Shown here: positions 22,017 to 32,700 of the stretch, one piece after another
Numbering within the stretch: position 1 is the stretch's first letter
Layout: each line of letters begins with the position of its first letter
From: an uncultured Gemmatimonadales bacterium
Lineage (GTDB): Bacteria; Gemmatimonadota; Gemmatimonadetes; Gemmatimonadales; GWC2-71-9
DNA: 64,000 nucleotides
Direction: 5' to 3'
Assembly (NCBI GenBank): GCA_963812755.1
Contig: CAWEWK010000005.1
Span: forward strand, 498,432-562,431
Notes under the pieces: generated by a model
Seen by the model: the letters and a program-made list of their open reading frames with translations, nothing else
The model's database searches: none
Told to the model about the DNA's origin: nothing
Position numbers and translations under genes: made by a program

Positions 22017-22499
22017 GTGCATGTGAGCCGGAGTCTGAACAAAGTCATCCTCATCGGAAACCTGGGCGCGGACCCCGAAGTCCGCAGCACCGCCAACGGC
22101 TCCCGGGTGGCCACGTTGTCGGTTGCCACCAGCCGGCAGTGGAAAAATCAGGCGGGAGAAAAGCAGGAAAAGACCGAGTGGCATCGGGTGGTGCTGTGGA
22201 ACAACAAGGGCTTCACCCTGGCCGACATCGCGGAGAAGTACTGCAAGAAGGGCGACAAGGTATACGTCGAGGGGCGGGTGGAGTATCGGTCGTGGCAGGA
22301 TCGCGAGGGCCAGACCCGCTACACCACGGAGGTCGTGGCCCAAGAGCTGATTCTGCTCTCCGGCAAGAGCGACGGGTCGGAGGCCTTCGCTTCGGCAGCC
22401 AAGGTAGCCGCGGGGGCAACGGCACCCAAGGGCGATAAGCAGTCGTTCGACGACTTCCCCGAGGCGCTTGACGCCGAGGACGACGACCTGCCGTTCTGA
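22017..22499 (+). CDS. ssb: single-stranded DNA-binding protein
   Basis: LNKVILIGNLGADPEVR OB fold and an acidic tail DDDLPF. Confidence 0.95.
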   Translation: MHVSRSLNKVILIGNLGADPEVRSTANGSRVATLSVATSRQWKNQAGEKQEKTEWHRVVLWNNKGFTLADIAEKYCKKGDKVYVEGRVEYRSWQDREGQTRYTTEVVAQELILLSGKSDGSEAFASAAKVAAGATAPKGDKQSFDDFPEALDAEDDDLPF

Positions 22500-22502
22500 C
22501 GG

Positions 22503-22596
22503 GGCTATCGGCTGATCGGCTATCCGCTATCGGTCCGGGGAAGCGGAGCGTCGCCGCTGACGGCGTCGGCGGAGAGCCGATAGCTGATAGCTTTTT
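22503..22596. repeat. inverted heptamer-array repeat, copy B (probable ssb terminator)
   Basis: Left arm GGCTATCGGCTGATCGGCTATCCGCTATCGG and right arm AGCCGATAGCTGATAGC, immediately followed by TTTTT (22592-22596). It starts 4 nt after the ssb stop. Confidence 0.85.
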
Positions 22597-22800
22597 CCCC
22601 GACCCGCCTGCCAATCGCCATGGCGAGTCGGCCGTGCAGAACCTGTTTTTGCGGCGTAACAGTCTGATCCTGTGCAACTTACGACGGCGACCGGCCTCCT
22701 CTGACAGGTGGCGCCGAAATTGCGCCTCCGACCCCCTGATTCGGTCCTGGTTTCGCAGGTCCATCTCCATACTCGACAACGAAGTCGCTGGGAGATCCTG

Positions 22801-24051
22801 ATGCCGCGTACGTTCCGCTGGAATTGGCTGGGCGCGATCGCCCTCGCCGCCTATCCGACCCTGGCCCTCGGACAGGCGAACTCGTCGCACAGCGTGCGCG
22901 AAGGCGACACGCTCTGGGATCTCGCCAAGCAGTATCGTGGCGACCCGTTCCTGTGGCCGGACATCTACCGGCTGAACACCGGCGTGGTTGAAGATCCCCA
23001 CTGGATCTACCCCGGCGAGGTGCTGCGTCTCGCGGCCTCGGACAGCGTCCCGTCGGTGCCGACCACCGACACGCCGGCGCCCGAGGTTGCGGCGGCAGAT
23101 TCCGCCGGCACCGCGCTCGATGCCGTGGCCGTGGCGCAGCCGGACAGCACCACCCCCGACAGCTCAATCGCAGATACCTCGTCTTTGGTGAGTGAGCCGA
23201 CTCCGGCGGCCGAACCCGCACCTCCAGCGACTGAGGCCAATCCGGCCAGTCTTGCATCCTTGTTGAATGCCAAGACCGACGAGTATACGCCGCTCTTTGG
23301 TCCGCCCCCGAACCAGTCGATGCACGAGACGCTACGGGCCTATACCGAGCAGCCCTATCGGCCGCTCCGGCGCAGCGAGTTCTTCTCGTCCGGCTTCCTG
23401 ACCGAGAAGGACAAGCTGCCCTTCGGCTCGGTCCTGGGTCCGGTCACGCCACCCCAGATTCGCGCCGTGGCCGCCAACGTGAACGCCATGCTGTACACCG
23501 TAATCGGGCTGGAGGCGCCGCACGGAACCACCTACCAGATCGGGGATAGCCTTCTCATCGTGCGGATGGGTCGCGATCTGGATGAATTCGGAGAGATCGT
23601 GGTGCCCACCGGCTTGGCTCGGGTCACCGACACCACGGGTGGCCGCTATCTGGCCGACGTGGTGGCAGTCTACGGTTCCATCCGCAAGGGACAGCGCGTG
23701 CTCCCGGCGGAGACCTTCACTCCGGCCGGATCCAAGCGGGCCGCGCCGATAACCGATGGCATCCGGGCTACCCTCCTCGGCGGTGCCAATCGTCAGGATC
23801 TCAAGGCCCCTCAGATGGTTGTCTTCCTGGACAAGGGGCGCAACGATGGAGTCTCGGTGGGAGACATCTTCGAGCTCCGTCGTAAGCCGGGCCGCCTCCC
23901 CGACGGCACGTTGCGGGTGGACGAAGTCATGGCGACGCTGCAGGTGGTTCATGTGCGCGAGCGGTCCGCTACCGCTCGGCTCCTGAACATCGTGTCGCCT
24001 GATATCCCCCCCGGCACCGAGGTGCGGCAGGTGGCAAAGCTGCCCTCCTAA
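22801..24051 (+). CDS. secreted LysM domain protein
   Basis: Signal peptide (AIALAAYPTLALGQA), a LysM (VREGDTLWDLAKQY...IYPGEVLRL), a low-complexity linker and an unknown C-terminal domain. Internal ATG 22801 was chosen. Confidence 0.75.
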   Translation: MPRTFRWNWLGAIALAAYPTLALGQANSSHSVREGDTLWDLAKQYRGDPFLWPDIYRLNTGVVEDPHWIYPGEVLRLAASDSVPSVPTTDTPAPEVAAADSAGTALDAVAVAQPDSTTPDSSIADTSSLVSEPTPAAEPAPPATEANPASLASLLNAKTDEYTPLFGPPPNQSMHETLRAYTEQPYRPLRRSEFFSSGFLTEKDKLPFGSVLGPVTPPQIRAVAANVNAMLYTVIGLEAPHGTTYQIGDSLLIVRMGRDLDEFGEIVVPTGLARVTDTTGGRYLADVVAVYGSIRKGQRVLPAETFTPAGSKRAAPITDGIRATLLGGANRQDLKAPQMVVFLDKGRNDGVSVGDIFELRRKPGRLPDGTLRVDEVMATLQVVHVRERSATARLLNIVSPDIPPGTEVRQVAKLPS

Positions 24052-24073
24052 GACCGTCGGGCGGACGGTCGGG

Positions 24074-24122
24074 GCGGACGGGCAGGAACGGCGCAAGCCG
24101 GATTCCTGCCCGTTCGCGTTTA
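24074..24122 (+). terminator. hairpin downstream of LysM gene
   Basis: GCGGACGGGCAGGAA (24074-24088) pairs with TTCCTGCCCGTTCGC (24103-24117), 15 bp with one G.T pair, followed by GTTTA. The T-tract is weak. Confidence 0.45.
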
Positions 24123-24247
24123 CCGAGCTCATCGCCGCTCCGCCCATCTGCCCGTCTGCCTTCCGTGTCCCACACCTCTATATTGCGGGGCGGTCATTCC
24201 TTGGCCTATCAACCTCCGGTCGGAGAATTCATGACGAGACCCACTGA

Positions 24248-25198
24248 ATGAGCGGGCGGGTGTTGGTCACGGGCGGCGCCGGCTTCATCGGCTCTCACAT
24301 CGCGGAGGCGTACCTCCGAGCAGGCTGGGAAGTCGTGGTGCTGGACGATCTCTCCCGCGGTCATCAGGTCAACGTCCCCGCAGGGGCTCGGTTCGTTCGG
24401 GCCGATATCCGTTCGCCCGAGGCTCGGGAGCTGCTCTCCACCGGCCGATTCGACGTGCTCAACCATCACGCCGCCCAGATCGACGTGCGAGTGTCGGTGG
24501 ACCGGCCGTCGCTCGACGCCGACATCAACCTGGTGGGTTTTGTGAACCTGCTGGAGGGGGCCGGCGAGGGTGGAGTCCGGCGGGTGGTGTTTGCCAGCAG
24601 CGGCGGGGTGATCTACGGCGACCCCGAGCAGATCCCCACGCCCGAGACCGCGCCCAAGCTTCCCGTGTCACCCTACGGCGTCAGTAAGCTGGCCGGGGAG
24701 TTCTACCTGCGTGCGCTGGCGGCGCTCCGCGGGTTCGAGGGAGTCCCGATGCGCTACGCCAACGTGTTCGGGCCGCGGCAGGATCCCAAATCCGAGGCTG
24801 GAGTCGTTTCGATCTTCGTCTCTCGGCTGCTCGAGGGGCGCAAGCTCACCGTGTTCGGCGATGGGCGGCAGACGCGAGACTACGTCTTCGTGCGCGATGT
24901 CGCCCGGGCCAACGTGCTGGCCAGTACTGTTCCGGTGCCGCCGGGGAACGATTTCGATGCCCCGGCCTTCAACATCGCCACCTCGGTGCAACGCAACGTC
25001 CTGGAGCTGGCCGAGGAAGTAGGCCGGGTCATGGGGCGAAAACCGGAGCTGGAGTTCGCGCCGCCCCGTCCCGGCGAGCTGTTCCGCAGCGCTCTCGACA
25101 TTCGCAAGGCAAAGTCGGTGCTGGGGTGGAGTCCCGAGCATGCGTTCGACGATGGCCTCCGTGAGCTGGTGAAATGGTTTCGGAAGGAGGCGGCGTGA
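24248..25198 (+). CDS. NAD-dependent epimerase/dehydratase (GalE-like)
   Basis: VLVTGGAGFIGSH and YGVSK (YxxxK). Confidence 0.85.
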   Translation: MSGRVLVTGGAGFIGSHIAEAYLRAGWEVVVLDDLSRGHQVNVPAGARFVRADIRSPEARELLSTGRFDVLNHHAAQIDVRVSVDRPSLDADINLVGFVNLLEGAGEGGVRRVVFASSGGVIYGDPEQIPTPETAPKLPVSPYGVSKLAGEFYLRALAALRGFEGVPMRYANVFGPRQDPKSEAGVVSIFVSRLLEGRKLTVFGDGRQTRDYVFVRDVARANVLASTVPVPPGNDFDAPAFNIATSVQRNVLELAEEVGRVMGRKPELEFAPPRPGELFRSALDIRKAKSVLGWSPEHAFDDGLRELVKWFRKEAA

Positions 25199-25908
25199 TC
25201 CAGCAGACCAGCGGCGCAGTCCCCCGATCTGCGGTCGAGTTGGTCCTCACCGCGAGTCCCGAAACCAAAGTCGTCCTGGCAATCACCGTCATCTTTTCAC
25301 TGGTGTCATGGTTCATCATCGTGCTCAAGTGGTGGCAATTCCGCCGGCTCAATCGCCAGGCGGACAAGTTCTTTGCCGAGATGGAACGGACCACCCGGCT
25401 CCAGGACGCCTATCACTCGGTGATGAAGCAGCCACCTTCCCCCTATAACCGATTGTTTCGTGAGGCCATCACCTTTTACTCCGAGCTTCGCCCGGGGGCC
25501 CTCCGGGATGAACGGGGTGCGGATCGCAGCCCCATGAGCATCACCCAATTGGAGGCGCTCAAGATGGTGTTGGGGAAAGAGGTGGCGGCGGAGCGGGATC
25601 TGCTCGGCCACTATATCCCATGGTTGGCGACGATCGGCTCGGTGAGCCCGTTGCTCGGACTGCTGGGCACGACCTTGGGTATCATCAACGCCTTCACCGG
25701 CATCGCCACCAAGGGGTCGGGCAATCTCGCAGCGGTGGCTCCGGGCGTGGCCGAGGCCCTGGTGGCCACCTTTGCCGGCCTTGCCGCGGCGATTCCCGCG
25801 GTCATCGCCTACAACCTATACGTCAACCGGGTGCGGCTCTTCGCCGGTGAGCTCGAAGGATTCGCCAACGAGCTGATCGGCACCATGGCCCGTGAGGGGA
25901 TGGTCTAG
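25195..25908 (+). CDS. tolQ: Tol-Pal system protein TolQ (MotA/TolQ/ExbB family)
   Basis: GTG 25195 is preceded by GGAAGGAGG and overlaps the upstream stop (GTGA). Three TM segments and a LGLLGTTLGIINAF motif. Confidence 0.85.
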   Translation: MIQQTSGAVPRSAVELVLTASPETKVVLAITVIFSLVSWFIIVLKWWQFRRLNRQADKFFAEMERTTRLQDAYHSVMKQPPSPYNRLFREAITFYSELRPGALRDERGADRSPMSITQLEALKMVLGKEVAAERDLLGHYIPWLATIGSVSPLLGLLGTTLGIINAFTGIATKGSGNLAAVAPGVAEALVATFAGLAAAIPAVIAYNLYVNRVRLFAGELEGFANELIGTMAREGMV

Positions 25909-26340
25909 ATGTCGGGGAGCCTGGGAGGCGGACTGGGGAGCCAGCGCGGGGAGATGCAGTTCAACGCCGACGTCAACGTCACGTCCTTGGTGGACGTGAT
26001 GCTGGTCCTGTTGATTATCTTCATGATCACGGCACCGATGATGCAGGGCGGCGTTGACGTCGAGCTTCCCCGGGCCGAAGCCCGCCCGCTGTCGCCCAAG
26101 GAAGGCATGGTGGTGACGGTCAATCGGAACGGCCGGATCTTCGTGGATCAGACGCCGGTCTCGTTCAACGACTTTCGAGTCGCCTTTCGGTCTTTAGTGG
26201 CGACCCGAAAGCCCACTGGGGTGTACCTCCAGGCGGATACCCGGGTGCCCTACGGGCAGGTAGTGCGGGTGCTCGCGATCATCCGTGGTGCCGGTATTCA
26301 AAACGTGGGATTGGTAGCGGCGGAGGAAGAGTCGCCGTGA
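25909..26340 (+). CDS. tolR: Tol-Pal system protein TolR (ExbD/TolR family)
   Basis: The ATG directly follows the tolQ TAG. NVTSLVDVMLVLLIIFMITAP. Confidence 0.85.
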   Translation: MSGSLGGGLGSQRGEMQFNADVNVTSLVDVMLVLLIIFMITAPMMQGGVDVELPRAEARPLSPKEGMVVTVNRNGRIFVDQTPVSFNDFRVAFRSLVATRKPTGVYLQADTRVPYGQVVRVLAIIRGAGIQNVGLVAAEEESP

Positions 26341-27035
26341 ACATCCGCACCCCCGGTCGGAGTGGTCCGCCGGGGAAGACCGCGGGAATGGTTGGGACGG
26401 TCGTAGTCCACGCCGCGGCGGCGGGCTTTCTCTTCACTCACGTGAGACCGGTGCAGTCGTTGCCGCCCTCGTACGCGGTGGAGCTGGTGGCGGCGCCGGC
26501 ACCGACCACCAAGCAGCGGGTGGCCCGAGAGGCGGTGCCGACTCCGCCACCGGAAGAAAAGCCCGCGCCGGTCAAGCCCAAACCGACGCCGCCCAAGACG
26601 CCGCCGGCACCGGCGCCCAAGCCACCCCCGCCGACCGAGACCAAACGGGAGCCTCCTCCCAAGACGGCCGCGCCGGTGGCCCCGGCGCCGGGGGAGACGC
26701 CGAGCACCGGCACCGACATCGCGACGATCAAGACGCCCGGGCTTCAATTCCCTTACCCGGAGTACCTGCGGAACATCGTGACTCAGATCTATCAGCGTTG
26801 GGACCGGGAATCAGGCCGGCAAAACAGCTTCGCGGAGCTGAGCTTCTTGATCCTGCGGGATGGCTCGGTGCGCGATATCCGGTTTGTCACTCGGTCGGGC
26901 AGCTTCGCCTTCGACTTGAGCGCCCAGGGGGCGGTCGAGGCCGCAGGGAACGCCAATTCGTTCGGTCCGCTTCCCGATGGCTGGGAGGCCGACGTCCTGC
27001 CGGTGAGCTTCTACTTCAAGCCGACTTCTCCATGA
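26337..27035 (+). CDS. tolA: TolA/TonB-family protein
   Basis: N-terminal TM segment, a Pro/Lys-rich linker (PPPEEKPAPVKPKPTPPKTPPAPAPKPPPP) and a TonB_C-like end. GTGA overlap. Confidence 0.7.
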   Translation: MNIRTPGRSGPPGKTAGMVGTVVVHAAAAGFLFTHVRPVQSLPPSYAVELVAAPAPTTKQRVAREAVPTPPPEEKPAPVKPKPTPPKTPPAPAPKPPPPTETKREPPPKTAAPVAPAPGETPSTGTDIATIKTPGLQFPYPEYLRNIVTQIYQRWDRESGRQNSFAELSFLILRDGSVRDIRFVTRSGSFAFDLSAQGAVEAAGNANSFGPLPDGWEADVLPVSFYFKPTSP

Positions 27036-28378
27036 CCCGACTGTTGTCAGTCGCATCGGCCATTGCCGCGGCGGCCCTGCTGGCTCCGCTACGTCCCACC
27101 ACACTCGCGGCACAGGACACCACCCGCGCCCAGGACGCCATCCGACTGGGGATCGAGTACACCCCCGGCGTGCGCCCCGGCCTCATCGTGGTCCCCGGTC
27201 CGGGACTGGATACGCTGCGCGCAGTGGTCCGGCGCGATCTCGACTTCAGCGACCGCTTCGAAATGATGGGCGATCCGGCCAGCCTGACCACGACCGATCC
27301 GCCGGCGACGACGGCGGCACCGGGAAGCTTCAACTACGGGCTGTACAAGATGTACAACGCGGCGTTCGCGGTGGAGCTGATCGAGGCACCCGGCGGCGTG
27401 AGCGTCCGACTGCACGACGTGACCGCCTCCCGGGTTCGCAATCAGCAGACGGTACCGCTTCCCGCGGCCAGCGATGCCGGGTACCGCCTGGAAGTCCACC
27501 GACTGGCCGACGAGGTCGCGCGTTGGGCCACCGGCACGCCGGGGATCGCTGCTTCCCGCCTGCTGTTCGTCTCCGGCGGCCGCGTGTACCGGGCCGATAG
27601 CGACGGAGAGGCGCTGACCCCCCTTACTCCTGCGGGCGTTACCTCACTGTCCCCAGTGTGGTCGCCGGACGGGCAGCGGATCGCCTACACTCGTCTGGAA
27701 GGGGGGCGGGGTGGCGTCATCCTCCAGTCGCTGGCCAGCGGGACAACCACGGTGGCGCCCGGAACCCAGACGGCGCTCAACATCACCCCTTCCTTCTCGC
27801 CTGATGGCCGCCTGCTCGCCTTTGCCCATTCCGACGAGCGGGGCACCGACATCTTCACCGCTAACGTGGTGGATCTCTGTTGCGCGCAACGCTTGACCGT
27901 GGGACGCTTCGCTGACAACTTGTCACCAACGTTTTCGCCAGATGGCCGGCGCATCGCATTCGTTTCCACCCGCGCCGGGCCCCCGCAAGTGTACGTGATG
28001 GCCGCGGACGGAACCGACCAGGAGCTGTTGGCGCCCTTCGACTACGGTGCCACCGGGCCATCGAACTCTCCTGAATGGTCGCCGGACGGGGCCAACGTCG
28101 TATTCCATCGTGAAGTCTCACGGAGCCCGCAGCTGTTCCTGGTGGACGTTGCGGCTCGCCGGGTGCGCCAATTCACGTCGCTGGGCCGCAACTCGGATCC
28201 AACCTGGGCGCCGGATGGCCGCCACGTCGCCTTCATTTCTGATCGCAGCGGCCCGCAGCAGGTCTGGATTGTCGACATCGAAACCGGCCGGGTGCGGCAG
28301 TTGAGAACCCCAGGTGTCGCTCGACTCCCCTCGTGGTCCCGGCGGCTGGGCCGGACCGCGGCAGCCTCGAACCCATGA
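27032..28378 (+). CDS. tolB: Tol-Pal system beta-propeller protein TolB
   Basis: ATGA overlap with tolA. Signal peptide and repeated PDG(R/Q)xIAF propeller blades. Confidence 0.85.
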   Translation: MTRLLSVASAIAAAALLAPLRPTTLAAQDTTRAQDAIRLGIEYTPGVRPGLIVVPGPGLDTLRAVVRRDLDFSDRFEMMGDPASLTTTDPPATTAAPGSFNYGLYKMYNAAFAVELIEAPGGVSVRLHDVTASRVRNQQTVPLPAASDAGYRLEVHRLADEVARWATGTPGIAASRLLFVSGGRVYRADSDGEALTPLTPAGVTSLSPVWSPDGQRIAYTRLEGGRGGVILQSLASGTTTVAPGTQTALNITPSFSPDGRLLAFAHSDERGTDIFTANVVDLCCAQRLTVGRFADNLSPTFSPDGRRIAFVSTRAGPPQVYVMAADGTDQELLAPFDYGATGPSNSPEWSPDGANVVFHREVSRSPQLFLVDVAARRVRQFTSLGRNSDPTWAPDGRHVAFISDRSGPQQVWIVDIETGRVRQLRTPGVARLPSWSRRLGRTAAASNP

Positions 28379-28388
28379 ACTCGGAGTG

Positions 28389-28961
28389 ATGATGCGCGCT
28401 TCATCCCTGCTGATGCTGTTGGCCGCAGCTACCATCGCCGTCGGGTGCGGCGGGAAGAAGCCGCCGGAAGAGCCGGCACCGGAGCCGACGCCAGCGCCCG
28501 CCCCTCCCCCTGCTCCAACGCCCGCACCGGTGGACGACAGCGCGGAACGCGAGCGGGCGGCTCGGGCGGAAGCCGAGCGGGTGGCCAAGGCGTTGCAGGC
28601 CGATCTCGCGGCGATGATCAATTTCGACTACGACCAGTCGACCATTCGCACCGCCGATCAGGGCACGCTCGACCGCAAGGCGGCCATTCTCCAGGCCAAC
28701 CCCCAGGTCAAGGTCCGGATCAGCGGCCACGCCGACGAGCGGGGCTCTGACGAGTACAACCTGGCCCTGGGCAACCGTCGCGCCGCCGCCGCCAAGCGCT
28801 ACTTGGAGAACAAGGGGCTGGATGGCTCCCGGGTCGAGGTCGTCTCCTTCGGTGAGGAACGTCCCCTGAATCAAGGGGCCGACGAGACCGCCTACGCCCA
28901 GAACCGCCGCGACGAGTTCGAGGTGACGGCCGGCGGGGACAACCTCGTCGCACCGCAGTGA
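28389..28961 (+). CDS. pal: peptidoglycan-associated lipoprotein Pal
   Basis: Lipobox IAVGC and an OmpA-like domain (NFDYDQSTIR, ISGHADERGSDEYNLALGNRRA). Confidence 0.9.
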   Translation: MMRASSLLMLLAAATIAVGCGGKKPPEEPAPEPTPAPAPPPAPTPAPVDDSAERERAARAEAERVAKALQADLAAMINFDYDQSTIRTADQGTLDRKAAILQANPQVKVRISGHADERGSDEYNLALGNRRAAAAKRYLENKGLDGSRVEVVSFGEERPLNQGADETAYAQNRRDEFEVTAGGDNLVAPQ

Positions 28962-29758
28962 GATCATCCTCTCGACGCCTGAGCGCACTCGTCCCCGCGT
29001 TGTTGGCGGGGGCGAGCCTCGTGGCGTGCGCCAGCAAGGGCGACGTGCAGATGGTGCAGGGCGAAGTGTCCCTGCTCAAGGCGGAGATGGCTCGCCGGGA
29101 CTCGGCCCGCGCAGCCCAGCTCAGCCAGGTAATCCAGCTGCAGCAACGGATCATGGATTCGCTGGGCAGCACCCAGCGGAGCCTGGCCCAGTTCAAGGGT
29201 GATGTCTCGACCGATCTGTACAACGCCCAGCAACAGCTGGTGCAGCTCCAGGAGCTGACCGGCCAGAGCCAGCAGCGGCTGAGCGAGCTGCGGAACCGGC
29301 TGGAAGCGCGCGCCCCGCAAAACGAGGCCGTTTCCGCCATGCCCGGCGACACCGCCCGGCCCCAGGGCGGTGGGGCGTCGGCGGCGTCGGCCGACCAGAT
29401 GTACGAGGCCTCGTTGGCCCAGCTTCGCCGGGGCAGCTCCGGGACCGCCCGGCTGGGCTTGCGGGAAATGTTGCGGGTCTATCCCACCAGTGAGCGGGCT
29501 CCCGACGCGCTGTACTTCATCGGCCAGAGCTTTGCGGCGGAGAACCCTGATTCGGCGGCGGCGTACTACAACCAAGTGGTCGATCGCTATCCCACCTCGC
29601 CGCGGGCCGCCTCGGCGCTGTACAACCTGGGCCTGCTGGCGGAGCGCCGGAAGGATACCGCCAAGGCGAAGGACGCCTACCAGCGGGTGGTCCAGAAGTA
29701 CCCTCAGTCCGACGAAGCCGCCCTGGCCCGCGACCGATTGAAGGCGCTCGGGCGCTAA
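28958..29758 (+). CDS. cpoB: Tol-Pal system protein CpoB/YbgF
   Basis: GTGA overlap with pal. N-terminal coiled coil and C-terminal TPRs (APDALYFIGQSF, AASALYNLGLL). Confidence 0.8.
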   Translation: MRSSSRRLSALVPALLAGASLVACASKGDVQMVQGEVSLLKAEMARRDSARAAQLSQVIQLQQRIMDSLGSTQRSLAQFKGDVSTDLYNAQQQLVQLQELTGQSQQRLSELRNRLEARAPQNEAVSAMPGDTARPQGGGASAASADQMYEASLAQLRRGSSGTARLGLREMLRVYPTSERAPDALYFIGQSFAAENPDSAAAYYNQVVDRYPTSPRAASALYNLGLLAERRKDTAKAKDAYQRVVQKYPQSDEAALARDRLKALGR

Positions 29759-29776
29759 GCCCGGGCGCTCCTGCCC

Positions 29777-32700
29777 ATGCGTAGCTCCACCGGGGAAATG
29801 CCGTTCCTCGATCACCTCGAGGAGCTGCGCGGCCGCATCCTGCGGTCGCTGGCCGCGGTGATCGTAGGGTTCGGCGCCGGGCTCTGGGTGGTGCACCAGT
29901 TCCGGCTGGTGAGCCTCCTCAAGCAACCGATCGCGCCATACCTGATGGACGGGAAGCTGATCGTCACCAGCCCAACCGAGCCGGTGATGATCGTGTTCAA
30001 GCTGGGATTTCTGGTGGGGCTGGTACTCGCTTCGCCGTTCATTCTCTGGCAGCTCTGGGCCTTCCTCGCGCCGGCGCTGTACGAGCGGGAAAAGAAGGCC
30101 CTGGTGCCGTCGCTGTTCATCGGCTTGCTGCTCTTCCTCACCGGTGCGGCGCTGGGCTACGTCTACGTCATCCCCCAAGCCCTCCGAGTTCTCTTCAGCT
30201 TTCAGACCGAGGCCATCGCGCCGTTCATCACCTACGACGCCTACTTCGGCTTCGTGCTCCAGATCGTCCTGGCGCTGGGGATCTCCTTCGAGCTGCCGCT
30301 GGTGATGATCATCCTGGCCTGGTTGGGCGTGGTGGGTCCGTTGGAGCTGAGCCGGTTTCGCCGGTACGCGGTGGTGTTGGCATTCATCGCCGGCGCGGTG
30401 CTGTCCCCCGGTGCCGACCTGCTGTCCATGGTGATGATGACGGTGCCGCTGCTCCTGCTGTACGAGGTGGGCTTCGCCGGAGCGGTGGTGATCTCCCGCC
30501 GGCGGCGCAAGGCGGCAATCGCCGCCGCGCTGCTGCTGGGCCTGGGGCTGGCGGGGCAGCCGGCGCAGGCGCAAGAGCCGGTCCCCCAACGGCGCCCGCG
30601 GGTGACCCAGGCGGATTCGCTGCGCGACACCTTGCGGACCCGGCGGGATTCGCTGCGCAACCAGCCGGGACAGTCACTCGACACCGCCACCGCCCGGCGA
30701 CTCGGGCTCCCCACCGCGCCGTCCCGCAGCTTCGCGCCACCCGACTCGGTGGTCACCGAGCTGCTGAACCGTCGCGGGTACCAATCCACCCGCTACCGGG
30801 CCGACTCGGCGACGGTGTTCGTTCAGGAGGAACGGGTGCGGCTGGAAGGACAGGCGCTTACCGAGCGGCAGGGATCGATGCTCGAGGCCGATACCATCAC
30901 CTATCGTCGGGACAGCTGTCTCCTGGATGCGGCGGGCGACCCCCATCTCTTCGACCGGGGGCAGGTGATGGTCGGGCAGGGGATTCGCTACGACACCTGC
31001 CGGCGGCGGGGGATCATCGCCGACGCCCTCACCAACTTCACCGAGGGCTCGACGGTCTGGTTTCTCCGGGGCAACGTGGCCCAGGATTCGAGTTCCAGCC
31101 GGATCTACGCCGGGTCCAGCGAGATCACCAGCTGCGATCTGCCCACTCCGCACTATCACTTCTCGGCCCGCGAAGTGAAGTGGGTTTCTCGCACCGTGCT
31201 GGTGGCCCGGCCGGTGACACTCTACGTGCGCGACGTCCCCATTCTCTGGCTGCCGTTCATTTTCCAAGACGTGCGTCCCGGCCGGCGCTCGGGAATCCTG
31301 ATCCCCCAATTCGGCTTGAACGATCTGGTCCGGCCTTCCCGCTCCTATAACCGGCAGGTCACCAATGTCGGGTATTACTGGGCCCCGAACGACTACCTCG
31401 ACCTCACCGGTCGGCTCGACTGGTTCTCCAACCGCTACGTCCAGTACGGCGTTACCGGCCAATACCGATGGTTGAACCGGTTCCTGAGCGGCACTCTGGG
31501 GTTCAACGAGCAACGGCAGGTGGGAGGCGGCTCGGGCTTGAGTCTCCGGTGGGATCACCGCCAGACCTTTGACCTCAACACCAGCCTGAACCTGGCGCTC
31601 AACTACGCCAGCAACACGACGGTGACCCAGCGGAACGCCATCGATCCGCTGCAAAACACCCAACAGATCACCAGCTCGCTCAACTTCTCCAAGCGCTACG
31701 GGTGGGGGACGCTGACGGTGGGAGGCAACCGGCGGCAGAGTCTGACCGACCAGAGCGTTCAGCAGCTCCTGCCGGCGGTCACCCTCTCTCCGGTGCCGAT
31801 TCCGATCGGCGGCGACATCACCTGGTCGCCCAACCTGAGCTTCACCAACAACACCACGTCGCGCACCCCGGGGCTGCCCGACCTGATCCAGGTGCTCCCC
31901 GGCGGGGCGCTCGATACTCTGAGCCAGTTGGGCAGCAGCCGGATCACCGCTTTGAGCTTCGACACACCGGTGCGGTTCGGCTCCTTCAACTGGCAGAACT
32001 CGATCCGGGTGAATGACCAGGTCAATGATGGGCGGGACTCGGTTCGATTCCTGGTCGACGACCCTACCACCCCGGAGCCGACCGATTCTACGGTAGTGAT
32101 CCGGACCTTCCCGGGTGACTTCGAGAGCTCGCTCGACTGGGACACGGGAATCAACCTGCCGGTGCTGTTCCGAGGCTCATGGAAGCTCCAGCCCACCCTA
32201 GGCATCTCGAACACGACCAGCGGAGCCTTCGCCATCCGAAACCGGAACACCAACGGGAGCTGGGTACAGCAGGGCAAGCGATTCAGCTTCGGCGCCACCG
32301 CTTCCCCGACCCTGTTCGCCTTCTTTCCCGGCATCGGCCCCCTGGGCCGGATCCGGCACAGTGTGTCTCCGGTGATTACCTGGAGTTACGAGCCGGCCGC
32401 GGACATCCCGGAGGAGTACGCCCGGGCGATCACCCAGCCCGGCCAACCGGTCCTGCTCCGGAGCGACGCCAGCCAGCGGGTGAACCTCTCGCTCTCCCAG
32501 ACCTTCGAGGGCAAGCACCGGCCGCCTCCGGGAGATACCTCGTCGGTGGATGCCCCCAAGGTCAGGCTGCTGAGCATCAGCACCAGCGGCCTCGCGTACG
32601 ACTTCGAGCAGGCCAAGAAGCCCGGCCGGACTGGGTGGGCCACTCAGACCATCACCAATTCGCTGTTGAGCGACCTGCTCCCCGGCTTCAATCTCAGCCT

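Noticed and set aside
30494-30520. SRRRRK ahead of the LptD hydrophobic segment as a twin-arginine (Tat) signal, which would be striking next to TatC.
   Set aside because: It lacks the hydrophobic x-F-L-K part of the S/T-R-R-x-F-L-K consensus. Beta-barrel outer-membrane proteins are exported unfolded through Sec. A poly-Arg n-region is equally compatible with a Sec signal or a TatC C-terminal tail.
28964-30589. A 541-aa minus-strand ORF antisense to cpoB and tatC, plus the many other alternative-frame ORFs in the track (for example 12258-13052, 32179-33279, 39918-40826, 11434-12417).
   Set aside because: All of them overlap genes with clear family motifs in another frame or strand, and all show the R/G/P/A-rich bias of non-coding frames in high-GC sequence.
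32041-32051. GGTTCGATTCC, a tRNA T-arm-like sequence.
   Set aside because: It is embedded in the LptD coding region with no acceptor or anticodon arms around it. I found no tRNA-like cloverleaf in any intergenic spacer.
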